Shown one piece after another: positions 31,405 through 45,583 of a stretch of DNA of 64,000 nucleotides. Positions within the stretch are counted from its first letter, which is position 1. Each line of letters opens with the position of its first letter. The position numbers were made by a program, and so were the translations under genes. The notes under the pieces were generated by a model that saw nothing but the letters and a program-made list of their open reading frames with translations, made no database searches and was not told the origin of the DNA. The stretch is from Eledone cirrhosa (lineage: Eukaryota), in NCBI GenBank assembly GCA_964016885.1, contig OZ024748.1, forward strand, positions 58,218,001-58,282,000, written 5' to 3'.

Positions 31405-32077
31405 CATATTTCTAAGCGTATGAAATCTAACAAGACTAGAATAATATTCTACAAATAATTTGACGGCTTATCAGATGAAAATATCCGTTTTCATTAAACA
31501 ATTTAAAACTAAACAGTACAAATATACATTGTGAAAATTGCTGTTTTCAAAATAAGCGAAACACATTCTCCTATATGAAACAGAAGGAAGTTCCCGTAGG
31601 AATATAAATCTATTATGACGGCAGAAAATATGCAGGGTGTCTGCAAAAACTGTATACACGTATTTATTAGAATGCGGTTGAAGTATGTATACATTTGGGG
31701 GACTCAGTGTATATTATGCATCAATATTGTATGAGCTGTTTGAAATACATTTATTAAATACATATAACTGCTGCCAACTTACAAATAAAATTTGCACTTA
31801 CATAAATATTAGATACGTATCTACAAAGTCTTTACACAAAAGATATCCAAAATATTTACACAAACAAACTGAACATCAAATCATACATTGTTCATATCGG
31901 GAAAATCTTGTCTGTGTATGCAAATATCCCATGTATCGGTAAAAGCGCTCATAATATTTATTAACATTTAAGAGGACTGAGTACATTTTACAACCGATCG
32001 CAAATCATTCCCTTAAGTAAAATATATTGTAGCAATGTAATACTCGTGTAACAATAATAGATATTGTAATAGATAAT

Positions 32078-32290
32078 GGGTTCTGATTTAGGCAGAGGAC
32101 CAAACATATTTGAGGTATAGCAAAGTCGATTAGATGGATCCAGTGAATTGCTGGTATTTTACTTTATCGAAGCCGTAACGATGAAAAGCAAAGCTCACCT
32201 CGTCGGGATTTGAACGCAGAACATAAAGATCTGTAACTCTACGCTACAAAGCATGTTTTCCGACACTTTAATGGTTTTAGCTATCCACCC
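32078..32290 (-). mobile_element. Older diverged SINE copy
   Basis: ctggtattttactttatcga..gatgaaaagcaaagctcacctcgtcgggatttgaac matches the reverse complement of the core and B box. Confidence 0.75.
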
Positions 32291-33289
32291 CCCTATCCAG
32301 TACTTTAATAATACTTTGTTAGCGTCTCAGGAATGTTGATTCCCAAGATTTACCTCCGCGGGGATTGACCAAATACATAATAGATAATGTTTAATAAATA
32401 GACGTTAGTTAAATTTTGAGTAATTGGGATGAATTATCAAGATAGAATTACTAAGATTGTGTGTAAATAAAAAGCTGACATATTCATGAAGAACCATACT
32501 AACATGTAAGTAGTCATGTAGGGAAATTTGCAACGACAGTGTAGATTTGTAATATAAATATTTATATATGTTATTATATTGTATACAAGACTTTTCAAAA
32601 TCATATCATACAGTAGAAACGAGTATATTTTATATATATTATTTTTAATAGACTTGAAGAAATGCAGAAACGATATAACATGACATTTACATGTTATACG
32701 ATACGATATAAAGTGCCATAAATTGTTATAGATTTAAATGTAACAGAAACACAAGGACCGATTAATCTTGTTAGATATAAACACAACGTTTACTAGATGT
32801 TGCCAATTAGAAACTGATAGTTTCAATTGTATACGTGTGAATAATATAACAAATGACATGCTACAGTAACCATTGACCAACGAAGGAAGCATTACACTGT
32901 TTGATGATGTACTTCATCAATCAACTTCTTCGGTGAATTGGTTAATTCAGTAAAACATAATAGATGAGTTATAATATTGGTGATAGGGATTAATGTCATC
33001 ACTAAATTTCCGCGAACGTTCAGTTGAGATATATAAGTGTATTAAATCGATATCAGACTATTATCGGTAATTACATATAAATGATGTTGCTTCTCTTAAT
33101 GTTGAAGTCATATAAATCCTGATCAGCACTAAACCAGAAGATCTAAGTTCGAAATCATTCTAACATTTTCTAAGCTTTACGGATCGGGTGAATCAACTAA
33201 ATGTACCCCTGATTGAATTATCCCGGAATTTTTATACAATTCTCAAGCAGAATTGAGGTGGCACAAACCGATTTCTCTTTCGTTTTGTT

Positions 33290-33600
33290 TTCTTCGTCTT
33301 CCTCTTCTTCTAGTCCTTCATGGTCGGGGTCTAACTTATGTGTCCCTTACTGATTGATTTCGGCACGTACAATCTCTCCAGCGATTCGTTCTCGAGTAGC
33401 AAACTTGCAGTTTCGAATTACATGTATGTGTCATGTAACTGGCTTCCACAGGGGTTTTGTCTAATATATTATATTGTAGATGCCACTGCAATTACAGTAG
33501 ATTATTCTATACAACCGCAACAACCTCTAGATAGCCTGCATTTTAATCTTTGTCTCGTTAATGATTTCTTAAATTTATTTTGTTGATATATGTCTACATT
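33290..33600 (-). mobile_element. Possible old RTE LINE 3' end
   Basis: Minus strand ...TNRWRD... followed by a short 3' region and GAA-rich tail; weak. Confidence 0.3.
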
Positions 33601-33714
33601 GATTTTGGCAGGATAATAGCTCAAATCATATGTGAACAGAGTGAGATTTAAAGTTATTATTCATGAAACCTGAGAAATAGCACAAAAGTATATGTTAAAT
33701 GAGAACAATAACTC

Positions 33715-34700
33715 CATAAAATCATGTAGTTCTATATCATGGCCATATGCAATTAATGCATATATTTGGATATGACGATCTCACAGCTTCTTAGCTTCAT
33801 GTGTAGTGCATAATGTTCATTGTCCAAATAACTATCATTTCTCTTCGACGGTATTCCACATTATGTAGCATTTGAATAGTCATGGTCTGTGAAGTAGAAA
33901 AGCTTTGTAATTAGTCAATTACTTCATATTTAATATTGTTCACTAAAATTATTGTGCGCCATTACTAGCCTAGTATCATGCTAACAACATTCATGACGAT
34001 ATCTGCTATAGACAAATCTTACAGCTTGGTTCAATATCTCATTTATTCTATCTGGATGCTTAAACTGAAATATATGATTTCTGAATAGTGGCTACCAAGA
34101 AAACAGCTCTAAATACATCTATCCAGCCATTCATAAATCTATCGATTAAAAAATCTATCCAAATAAGGGGATGTAGTTATATATAGTATCGAATCTACTA
34201 TCTGCTATTCTACAAAGTCTAGTATATATGTGAACCTTCTTCAGTAAAATATTTGAATCGATCTATTCAATTATGTCTCTAAAATGTAAAACTTTTATCT
34301 ATAATAAAAGTAATATTTTCCAGTTTGCGAGAATATGTAATTTATATTTACTACCTGCTAATATTAGAGATAATATAGTCATATGGATTATATCTTGGGT
34401 TCATCCGAAGACTACGATTTTAATTATTGATTATTTTTCATATACAGGAACGAATAAAAAATAGCTTTGTAGATTAATATACTTTGCAATGATCAATATA
34501 CATTCGTTTTTCAATTGTAACTTTGTTTTCAATTTTATATTCTGAACGAAAACCAGATAAATTACAATTAGCTTCAGATATACATTATTGTGAATATTGT
34601 AAGCTGAACAATTTATACCCAGTTATTGGTAATTGTTCCGCTTTATTATATGTTTTATATGCAAATATAATGAATTATTGTACCAAAATTAATTCGATTT
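33715..34700 (+). pseudogene. Decayed class-A GPCR pseudogene 2
   Basis: AINAYI (TM1), MFIVQITIIS/LFDGIPHY (TM2), KLLCAITS then TFMTISAIDKSYSLVQYLIY (TM3, DRY-like, ~33990-34045), IVIWIISWVHP (TM6, ORF 34273), VIGNCSALLYVLYAN (TM7, ORF 34523). Confidence 0.5.
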
Positions 34701-36097
34701 CAAAGCGAATTCAGTTAGGAAGAGAAGTTACCAACTTTGGAAATATTGAATCTATTATATATTATAAAACAATTTCGTATTCCCATTCATTGCCTAATAT
34801 AAATCGATGGCTCAGATACTGTGGATATATGATATAGCACCTGTTAAATCAAGTTCATGCATACAATACAAACAATAAGCATGTCTATTATGTTTTCATT
34901 TATGTATGCTTTGCAATCTTAATTTATATTAAATTCAATCTATATCCTTGATGCTTGCAAGTAATTCATGAATAATACATTAGAAATATGCTTGGAAACC
35001 GCAGGCAGCTATAATATAACCCAATTGTAACATCACTACATTGAATGTAGGATAAATATAGAACCTGTATACAAATGTGTACAATAGTAAGAATAAAATG
35101 ACTTTTACTGCCAACCTCCATTGAAGTATCTTTCACCACAGCTCAATGTAAGGTGTTTTCTTCGGTATATGATACAAATTAATAACAGAACCACACGTCG
35201 ATGTTACAATACAGATGACGCTATAATATCGATGACATACAATATTTTGCGATAACCAATGGGATGTAGAATGGCTAGATCCTTCAAAGATGAATTAGCA
35301 ACAGATCCGACACGGTCCTAGTAATCGGCAGGCAATATTGGAGAGTGTGATTATGTTTTCGCCTCGGATTCTGATGCTGATAGTTATATTCAGTTAATGC
35401 AGCAATATTGTATGCAAATACTTTGAAATATAGGCACGTATAGCTGTAACATTTCATGAGAAATCAATACTTCAGTTAAAAGGGTATATAACTACATTTC
35501 AAAAAGAGATACATGACGTCACTGAACTCTGCCAAGGGTCAAGTTATTAATATTCCTTTTTAAATCTTTTGAATTTTATTTGTTTTAAATGATGTAATAA
35601 TTTAAGTGTACCATCATTAATTCTTGGTGATCTGTAGATTATATCAAGGATGTGAATTGTGTTAGAGATTCAAATAATGTGATTCATTTGAGTTTACATC
35701 AAATAGTTTCTCTAACAAAAACGCATTACTAAACTTAGTAACTGAATAAAACTAGTGTTTTCTGAAAAGGTTTTAATAACAAAATTCCAGGAAAGCTAAA
35801 ACAAAAACATACTAATTGAATTTTGTATTACAGTATAACAAATGAAATATATATTCGTTGAGTCACCAAACCAGCTTCATCTCAATCTCTTTTTCTCACT
35901 CCATAAACGTACAGCCAAAATTCATATCCATTCCTTCATTCCTCACAATATTCTTTATACACTATGAAAACATGCTGAATTCAAATCATATTCGGGTCAA
36001 AATGTTCATATAGCTTTTATCCAAGGAAATAATAATTTTAAAGGAAAATTATTCACACCCTGAGTTTCAATCAAATACATTTAAATCCCCAGCATTC

Positions 36098-36167
<70 letters not shown>

Positions 36168-37714
36168 CATTCTTATCACTATAGAAGTTCAGAATTTGAA
36201 TCAATCATAAAAAGCAGAAAATAAAATAGATTATTTTTCCTCTCGATTTCATGTTAATAAAATGATAACAATGCATAACGCCCTGTTTAACAATTCATAG
36301 AAAACCATTACAGAATTACACTTTTAATGATTTAGCTGAAAATACGGAAATAAATGTTGCATGTAATAATAACCAAATCTACTTAATTGAAATTATTGAA
36401 ATATTTGCTCAATTGTATCCATGCAATTTTGAATGAATTATTTTAGACGTTAGAATAGCAGGCATTATCTAAAATTTAACTTTCAATTAACAGCTGAAGG
36501 AGGTTTCTATGAAAATCAAAGTTTTGCATGCAAAATAAATATAATCGTCTTAATGAGTAGTTAAAATCGGTGTCACGAATTGGAGAAGTTGATTATTCAT
36601 TATTTAGTCTATAATTTCCTAATAATGTGTAGATACGGAATCCTCGGTACTGGAAGAATTTCCTTTTCATTTTCATTTATCAATCTAAGTTTGAATGGAC
36701 ATGTTTCACGTTCTGACGATGGTCATCAAATATAAAACATAACATAAATGTGGTCGTTTGCTTGCAAATATTATTCTATAAAACCCATATTACCATTTTA
36801 AAATATATTGTAGAATATATTGTCTGCCATGTACCTATGTTTTAATTATATATAATCAATTACGGAATAATTCAGCCATTATAATTTATATGAATCGTCT
36901 ATTTATTTGCAGAATCGAACGATGATCAAACTAAATATTTTACACTGATTTCAGTTGAAGGCTAATATGTTTGGGAGACCAGAGTGTCTCCTGTTCATCA
37001 TCAATGTATCTAAGCTATATTTCATGACATTTGTCCATGCATCACCCCGTAAGGTCGAACCAAAATGTATGTGGCTATACAGCGAAAGTCTTAATCACAT
37101 AATTATGCCGGTGCCTATATTATTTTCATAACTTTTCCAAATAATATTTGTAGAAACTTATTGTCCTTTCAAACAATGTTTAAATAGATATTTATTGAAA
37201 TAGATATTTGTTTGAATAATTCGAAGTATTCAAGGAAAAATCAACACATATAATATAGTTTTGATTAATTTTTAATTCATTCTGCTTATTTCATTATTGG
37301 TGTCTTTGAACTTATTATGGGGGTAAAAACATACTATTGATGTTTAATACACCGAAATCGTTTCATAGTCATATAATATACATTGTTGAACTTAGCGTAT
37401 TACAGTTGACACTTCATGAGGAAATTGATGGGAAGTTTTGAAATTATAAAAAAAAACATTTACATCGTATGTTGATATTTCATATACTACTAATGGAATT
37501 CATTAATGTAGACTCTGTAATATCGTGAATGAAATTACATTACTCTTAAAAGAATATAAACAAAAGCCGATGTGATGTCTTTAGTCATACACCTTTGGTA
37601 GTTTAATTCAAATATTTCACTCAAAATGTATTCACTTAATATATATTGATTTCTTACATAGATATAAATCCAACAGGAAAAGACCAGACAATTACATTGA
37701 CTCTGCAACACGAC

Positions 37715-37850
37715 GGATGCTTAGTGTATCGAGTTAATGAGGACGAAGGGCAAAGTTAATATTGATAGAATTTGAAATAAGAATGTACGCGATCATAACT
37801 ACATAAGGCTAGGTTTTATGTCAAACTCCTGAACAATTCATTCATTCCTT
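37715..37850 (-). mobile_element. Highly degraded SINE
   Basis: ggacgaagggcaaagttaatattgatagaatttgaaataagaatgta resembles the family reverse complement. Confidence 0.45.
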
Positions 37851-38630
37851 CGCCCTGTTTATTTACGTCGTGTTAGGTTCGGATACTGTTGGAAGTGATA
37901 ATGTACACGGTTAATAGATTTAACATCAGCAGTGATATCTTACTTTCACCATAGAAGTATACCAGGCTACACTCTGATTTAACAGCACGCGTGGTGAGAT
38001 GGGTATAAGTGTCTGAATATAAGTGTCTACATGCATGCTTATTTTGAGTTGAACCGGAAAAAAAGAACATCGTAACAGATTTACTGTGAAATGGAATCAT
38101 GATATGAGGATATTATAATATTTATAATCCTTTACACACCACCTTCATGACACTGTTCCTATCTCATCTCCCGATGAAAGATGGGTGACTGATTTGCATT
38201 CAATTAGTTGCAGATTTCACAAAGGTCATCAGGATTTGAGACTCTACATACATAACAGAAACGTAATATTCTGTTGGAAATTAGAAAACATTTCTCAAAT
38301 ATGATTTGCTGTTGTAAACGTTATATAAATACAGCAATTCACATAAGCAAGTACTTTCATTAAGCAACATAGTCATAATATTTAATTTAGCTAATATTAT
38401 CATATACAACATCTGAAGATATACGATATATGTGAAGGATTAAACGGATATCAGTAATACGAAGTTCTCGAATTTCTACATCATTGAATATATTCAGTAG
38501 TGTTAGGAAAATTATCTTCATTGCCTGGAGAATACGTATTAGCCGATGAATTAGCGCAGTAGAAAAACCTTACTGCATTGTGACCCAGGAAATATATATC
38601 TGAATATGTATAAATGACTGTATACATAGA

Positions 38631-38730
<100 letters not shown>

Positions 38731-39899
38731 CTCTCGCTCTATTGCAGGCGTCTAAATAACCTATAGAATATATCTCTTGAATTCGTTAGTCTATAAAATG
38801 TATGAGCTAGTGTTAGATAAGTCACGAACACCAAGGAGACATTTAAATAATTAGGGTGTATTTTAATCCCTGGCAAGATGATCAATAAATAAGAAAATGA
38901 GAATGAGAATATTAGCAATATTAAGTATCAAGATAGCGACGGCTACAATTGATTTTATTCAATTTCAAATTCCCTCGATATTGTCTGAAATTATTATCAA
39001 TAATTTCGCAGTGATTTAGCTATTCTGTTAATTGCTTCTGGGGAATGAATACCATAAACTCTTCTATGGATTTCCAAATATTCATGCAGTTATCTAATCG
39101 TCTCCACTTGTGGCATAATAAATCTCGATAGGCATTCTTACATCAGTAGAATTAGATTACCAAAGGAATAATAATAGTAGGATTAACAACCCTTGTTAAA
39201 ATCGATGTTGACAGACTATTCTCTAAATATTTAACGTTTTCAGAAACAATAAATGATTGAAAAAAAAATATTTGTTTATTCATTTATCCGTTTATTATTT
39301 CACTTGTTTCGCCTATTGTCTTGATTGTGTTTCTTATATTGTATAATCAAGTGCAGATGCAAACTAATATAACTTGCACTGAAATAACGTATGTAACCAA
39401 AACATCATAACGACATGTATTTAGGTGTGGAAGTTTCTATTCTTAAAGTGAATGCAAATTCATTGTAGCAAACTTTACTTTGATCAAGCTGGTTGATATA
39501 TGGCTGCGTCGATTTCTGTTAAATCTACACAATAAAGATGATAAATATTCATGGTTGAGGTTACAAACAATTCAATGATCTATACACAAACAGTTCATTG
39601 AATTTAATACAGTTATCTTCAGCAGGCTGTTGAGAATATTGTTTAGTATAAGTCGTAGAATCTAACGTGTATACATAGACATAAAACAACTAATCAATAT
39701 TGTTACCATATTAGCTACATATCTATATGTGTAACATTCTTTTAGTGAAATCACTGCATAGGAATGACATATTAAAGGGTCTGTCATCCTGAAATTAATA
39801 TTAAAATGCTTCTAGAATGTGCGCCTATCTTTCTAATTATATATATATATAAGTTAAAACAATAAAATAAAAAAATCAAGTCATTAGAGATATACTTCA

Positions 39900-40037
39900 C
39901 TGCTTTACGATCGTTTCTAGATGATGATAATACGTTGTAGCTATACTCGGAAATTGATCTATGTAAGGTTATTTACAAACTATCAGATAAAGAGAATATT
40001 TACTTACATGCATATCACCAGCTGTTTTCAAAAGCAA
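39900..40037 (-). ncRNA. Hammerhead, U3-A8 variant with extended stem II (left arm)
   Basis: ttgctt-TTGAAAA-[~107 nt]-GAAAC-GATC-GTA|aagcag. Confidence 0.68.
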
Positions 40038-40038
40038 T

Positions 40039-40170
40039 CTTTTGAAAACAGCTGGTGATATGCATGTAAGTAAATATTCTCTTTATCTGATAGTTTGTAA
40101 ATAACCTTACATAAATCAATTTCTGAGTATAGCTACAATGTATTATCATCATCTAGAAACGATCGTAAAG
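40039..40170 (+). ncRNA. Hammerhead, U3-A8 variant with extended stem II (right arm)
   Basis: ctt-TTGAAAA (40042-40048)-long hairpin-GAAAC-GATC-GTA|aag (40156-40170). Confidence 0.62.
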
Positions 40171-40358
40171 CAGTGAAGTATATCTCTAATGACTTGATTT
40201 TTTATTTCATTGTTTTAACTTATATCATGACTCTGTTTTCCTTTTAATGTTTTATTGTTTTCCGAGATTTATCTTAACCTAAAACATTTTCAACATATGG
40301 ATTACATCGAGTTCTTCATGCTGGATAGACCCCACAACTTACTGTGGATACCTCTGCG

Positions 40359-40388
<30 letters not shown>

Positions 40389-40392
<4 letters not shown>

Positions 40393-40558
40393 TAACAGAT
40401 TAAAGTTTAAGGAAAGCATCGCTGCTTTCACCCTTAACGAGATCTTCTGAAACTTGAGTTTCAGAAGATCTCGTTATAGGTGAACGCGGCGATTCTTTGC
40501 TTAAACTTTAATCTGTTATTTATATATATTGTTATACTTGGGGAGGGTCATATTATTG
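40389..40558 (+). mobile_element. Older fold-back insert in (TA)n (apex 40455-40456), degenerate HHR
   Basis: ~65-bp imperfect arms; CAGAAGA-hairpin-GAAA next to the apex; tail gttatacttgggagggtcatatt also found inverted at ~57239-57262. Confidence 0.7.
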
Positions 40559-40559
40559 T

Positions 40560-40724
40560 AATAATTGTTTCTATTTTAGGCACAAGGCCAGCAAAATACC
40601 CAGTGCATTACTGGTACTTTATTTTATCGACCCCGTAATGATGAAAGGCAAAGTTAACCTCGGCGGGATTTGAACTCAGATCGTAAAGGGACGTAACTAT
40701 GCTTGAAAGCATGTCGACCCTCTA
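40560..40724 (-). mobile_element. SINE
   Basis: Reverse complement of tail, core and B box. Confidence 0.9.
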
Positions 40725-42354
40725 CACGCACTTCAATATATATATATATATAATATATATATATAGCTTGATTAGGATCAAGACAGAATCCTTTTAATTT
40801 GAAAATATATTAAAATATTAAACATTAGTTTAAAACAACAAAACTCCTATATATCCTCACATAGAACATCATAGAAAAATTGCAATTACTATTTGTAATT
40901 GTGCTATTCTCAATAACGCATGCATTCTAACAATATCTTGTGAAATAAGCCTATCATTATTCATTTTATGCTGAGGGTGTATGTGAGAGAATCCTAGATT
41001 GATGTATTATGTAGTTCAAAATTTAATGTGGCCTACATTTTTCAACGGAGTATTGCTGCTCATTAACAGCTATAGAATTTAGCATATTCCATCGAAAATA
41101 CATCCTAACAAGCTTTAGTAAATATAGAATAAACCCCTGATATGTCTTGCTTAATATAATACTTCGGATTTGCATTTAATCTTACGCTAGGAACCAATGC
41201 ATAAATATAATTACGAATGTATGATTCAAATATTGTGCAAACATAAACATGCGTGAGTACGCATACATTTATGAATGGGTGTTTTGTATTGTGCATACGC
41301 GACAGAGGTAAGGATAGAACAAAGGAGAGTGAGTGAGAGAAAGTATGTGTGAGATTAATGAGAATCTCGAGTGTCTCCATAACGACTTAAATTTTTAACT
41401 TGCTGTGCTGATTTTCACTTTCTAGTGTTTCGCTTAACAACAGTTGTTCAATGTTTAACTCTTTAAGTTTTCCTTATCATAAAGAATTTGAGTAGCCTCT
41501 TTTATATTTATGTTAGTAGCGCCGAGTTCTGAAAAGCCAGCATTGTACTGCTGTGTTGTCATGTAATAATTTCTCTTTAACTCTTGCTTTTTTTTTTAAT
41601 AAACGATATTTGATTTCGTTTAAGTGAGAAGAAATCACTATTACAAAAGCCATCACTTTTATTGTATTTCAGTTTCCTTTCATAAACCTCTAACAACATA
41701 TAATTGTACATATTGCAGAATATGAAATGTTTCATTGAAAGCAAATTAGAGAAGAGAATGTAGGTGCTGAAACTGCCTATTATATCCCGGAATATATATT
41801 TCAAAATGGTAAGAATATTTTAAGAATACAATTATGAATCAAATAGTCTCAGTATATCTTTTCAAATTAAACTGTGCGAAATGCGCTGTACGCTTATTAG
41901 CTATACGTGAAAAGGTTGCCTTTAATACATAACAATGAAATCCATAAAAGGTTCTTTAGAGTAAGGTGAATTTTATAAAACTTTCACATTTCTTGAATTA
42001 TATATTGCAAATAAATGTATTCAATCATTCAACGAGGGTCTAAATCTGGTTGTATTGGTATAAATGACCGCCTGTCTCGATGGTAAACATTCTCGTTGAC
42101 AATATTCGGGATTAATAAATGAGTGCGACGAGCTTTGGATTCCAGAGTTGGGCCAGATCGATACAGACCAAACCTTGAGGTGATCAATAGCGAAGGGCGC
42201 GTCACTAATCAATAAACGTAATGAAGGCTTAACAAGTGGTCCTTGTATCATTATATTTACCCTCTGTTTAGTTCTACACATAACTACATACGTTAATCTA
42301 AAGATCGAGGGTTCACCTGGCTGAATCTGCAGTAACTTAACGTTAAACTGCCTG

Positions 42355-42392
<38 letters not shown>

Positions 42393-42621
42393 AGAGAGAG
42401 AGAGAGAGAGATATTTATTGACGGTGAAAAATACATTTTTTAGGATTCCTATGGGTTCCGAAATTTGTTGTCAAGATTGTTTATATGCATATATGATTAA
42501 TAATGTACTTTTTACTCGTAACGTCAAATCTATCTGTTAAAAATGAAACGAAAAATTTCATATGACTGTTAAGATTAAAACTAATATTAAGAATAAATTG
42601 TCCCCACTGCAAAACGTTCAC

Positions 42622-43237
42622 TAACGGGTAAAAATTCCCGAGATCTATGGACGAGTTCCTTCCAGCGGTCTCTGTCCCTCATTATCGCTGCCATGTCCTG
42701 CGTCTCAAACAGACCAGTGTCTGTCCTTATGGCATGAACATACTTTAACCTTGGTCTTCATCTTCCAGTGTGTCCATGTACGGGCTCCCACAGGAGCACT
42801 GAGTGCAATGTCAACTCTGGATGTCAGTGAGCATGTCCAGCTAACCTCAGTCACCTTTGTGTGACTTTTGAGCTAACCTTTGGGAGGCTCCCATACAACT
42901 GTGAGTTTTTCATTCTGAGTAAATACTGATTAGTGTTCAGAGCCATCCTCAGTATTCTCGTGTAGCACCCATCTACCATCTGAGTGAGGTTTCTGGTCAG
43001 TGTACAAGTCTCAGACCCGTACAGCAGCGTAGACTCCACTACAGCAATGAAGAAGCGGATTTTCAGGTCTTTACGAGGTCCGACTTCCACAGCGATCTCA
43101 AGCTGTGGCACGCCGCCCAGGCTTTGCTCTTCCTCTCAACCACATCATCCTTGCTCCCAAATACAGGAAGTCCTCAACCAATTCTAGCGGCTTCTCGCCT
43201 ATATTAGTAATCACGTCTGGCTTCTCAACATTCTCTA
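42622..43237 (-). mobile_element. RTE-clade LINE, 3' fragment
   Basis: TKTKYLVE..LELVEDFLYLG; DLKIRFFIAVVESTLLYGSETCTLT..DGCYTRILRMAL. Confidence 0.88.
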
Positions 43238-43420
43238 CCAGATATTTTGTTTTAGTCCTGGGTATGACATTAAACTACATCCAGTGGCAAAGCTCCAGTT
43301 CGGGAGTTCAGGAGCTGTGGGGAATGTGGAGTTACCCCTTAGTTGTCATAATTCCCATATCTGCTCTGGCCCAGTAGTAGGAGTACCTGTTAGGGCCCCA
43401 TTTATTGGTTAAATAACTAC
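43238..43420 (+). repeat. Interspersed repeat fragment (SINE/RTE-related, unclassified)
   Basis: GC-richer block ctgggtatgacattaaactacatccagtgg...gtacctgttagggccccat joined directly to the RTE; resembles abundant octopus repeats from memory only. Confidence 0.4.
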
Positions 43421-43704
43421 CTTATTTGAGTGGCGCCGGTAAGGTATTGTCAGCCATTGAAAAGAAAAGAAAGAACATTTATGAATTTAGTTTTTAAATC
43501 ATCAAATTCTAATTTATCTCAGTAATTGAAAGATATTACGATTACGTTTCTGAGTGTGTTCCATAGGTAATGTTATTGAAAGCTAGATATAGGAGGTACT
43601 GTAATCTTGGTAGAATTCAACCTCATACCAAATGATATATGCTCCTTCTCGTCAATGTTTTGGTAAGTGAATTCTACAAAAAGAACATTATTGAATATAT
43701 TCTT

Positions 43705-43752
43705 GTAATGTACTGGGTAATTGCTGGCCTTGTGCCTAAAGTAGAAACAATT
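43705..43752 (+). mobile_element. SINE tail with 19-bp TSD
   Basis: attattgaatatattcttg at 43687-43705 and 43750-43768. Confidence 0.88.
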
Positions 43753-44825
43753 ATTGAATATATTCTTGGATGTAAACGTTCATTGTATCATTCATGGACG
43801 TTCCTTTGTCAAACTTTGTATAATTGATGCTTGTATGATAACACTTTAAATTTAATTAGTAACTCACTAAAAATAAACATGGTTTGTTAATAATTTTTAC
43901 TCAATGTAAATTAGATATTGAAATGTTTATATCATAAGTTCTTATACAATAACAATTGTATTAAATACGACGTTTGTTAGGCACTTAATCGTTACTTTAA
44001 ATCGTTCACTGACAATATGGTGATGAATTTAAAAGCGGCTGTGTATTTACTATACTAGTTGTATAGCTTTTCGAATCACACATGAGACTATATCGATTCA
44101 TTTCCATTGCTAACGCCCAGTAGTATATATACGACTTACTAATATCTCATTATATTTGCTGAAAACTCTTAAACTTATTCCTGTTTTTAAATGATTTTCA
44201 TTTGTCTCATTTATATTCATATAATGCAATATTTCTTGCGTCTCTTATGGGTTGGGCTATCCCGAAAGTATTTAAATTTAATCAACACTTCTTACAGAAA
44301 TTATTTTGTAAAGAAACATATTCAATTATGAATACACTCCTCTAATGCAATAGGCTCGTGCGAAATAATGTTTCGGCAGCTGTCAATTGCATTTTATTTG
44401 TAATCATTTATATTTCCTCTTTTAAGATAATGCATTATAATTAGATGAAATGAGAAAAAATACCAACAGAAAAAAAAATGATCGAAAGCTTCTTTGAATA
44501 AATACACCTGAGTTTCAATGTAAATGGCTGCAATAACTTATTTACAGAAATATAACACGCAATAAAACAATATTATTTGAATATAAAAATATTAGACTGA
44601 ATATATATTCTATATCAAGATACAACACACACACACGGGCATACACACAAAACATAAGCGTGTATATATGTACATACATTCATACATATATTGGCTCTAA
44701 GGCCAATCTTCAATGAATCCATGGCCGGAAATAATCTATATATTGATTTTACTATGGAGAATGGCCTAGCATGGCAAAACCCTAATCTCGATTCGCAAGT
44801 CGCAAGAACTCTATACCCCCCCCCC

Positions 44826-44960
<135 letters not shown>

Positions 44961-45418
44961 GTATGTGTGTGTACGACTGCATATGTAGGTGTTTTTTAAT
45001 GACTCCATTCCCCCTCCTGTCACTCGTTAACTTTCTATTTCATATTTCATTTCTTATGCCAACATCGGGTGAAGGACTAGTGACCATCCCGTTGACAATT
45101 TTCTTCTTATTTAAATCGTTACTCTAATAAATTTCTTCGTTGAACTATGGCGTTTGCTTCGGCATTTCTGTTTACTGCATATATATATATATATAGATAT
45201 ATAGATATATAGATATATAGATAGAGATATATAGATAGAGATATATAGATATAGATATATATATAGATATAGATATATATACATATATAGATATAGATAT
45301 AGATAGATATAGATAGAGATAGATAGATAGAGATAGATAGAGATAGATAGATAGATAGATATAGATATATAGATAGATAGATATAGATATAGATATAGAT
45401 ATAGATAGATAGATAGAT

Positions 45419-45458
<40 letters not shown>

Positions 45459-45493
45459 ATGTTTCTTTTATTTGCCACTAGGGCATCAAAAGT
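45459..45493 (-). mobile_element. Isolated 35-bp 3' terminus of the Tx1-like LINE
   Basis: Identical to 45584-45618; contains AATAAA on the minus strand. Confidence 0.85.
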
Positions 45494-45583
45494 ATATAGA
45501 TAGATATATATATATATATATAGATAGAGATAGATAGATAGATAGATATATAGATAGATATAGATAGATAGATATAGATAGAT

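Larger units (their letters stand above)
39850..40348 (+). mobile_element. Fold-back PLE-type insert in (TA)n: ~185-bp arms, apex 40035-40038
   Basis: Arms 39850-40034 and 40039-40224 are near-perfect inverted copies; right arm continues with a tail. Confidence 0.88.
39050..40910 (-). pseudogene. Decayed class-A GPCR pseudogene 3, split by inserts at 39838-40765
   Basis: ENSTITNSNCNFS..VVLN (N-term/TM1, ~40800-40905); LER*AHILEAF*Y (39836-39798); LIW (TM4); EDNCIKF (ECL2 Cys); MMFWLH (TM6); TRVVNPTI/YSFGN..KNAYRDLLCHKWRR (TM7/H8). Confidence 0.6.

Noticed and set aside
36955-37130. Candidate coding exon on the plus strand
   Set aside because: Short open frame with a plausible acceptor but no recognisable protein motif or partner exons.
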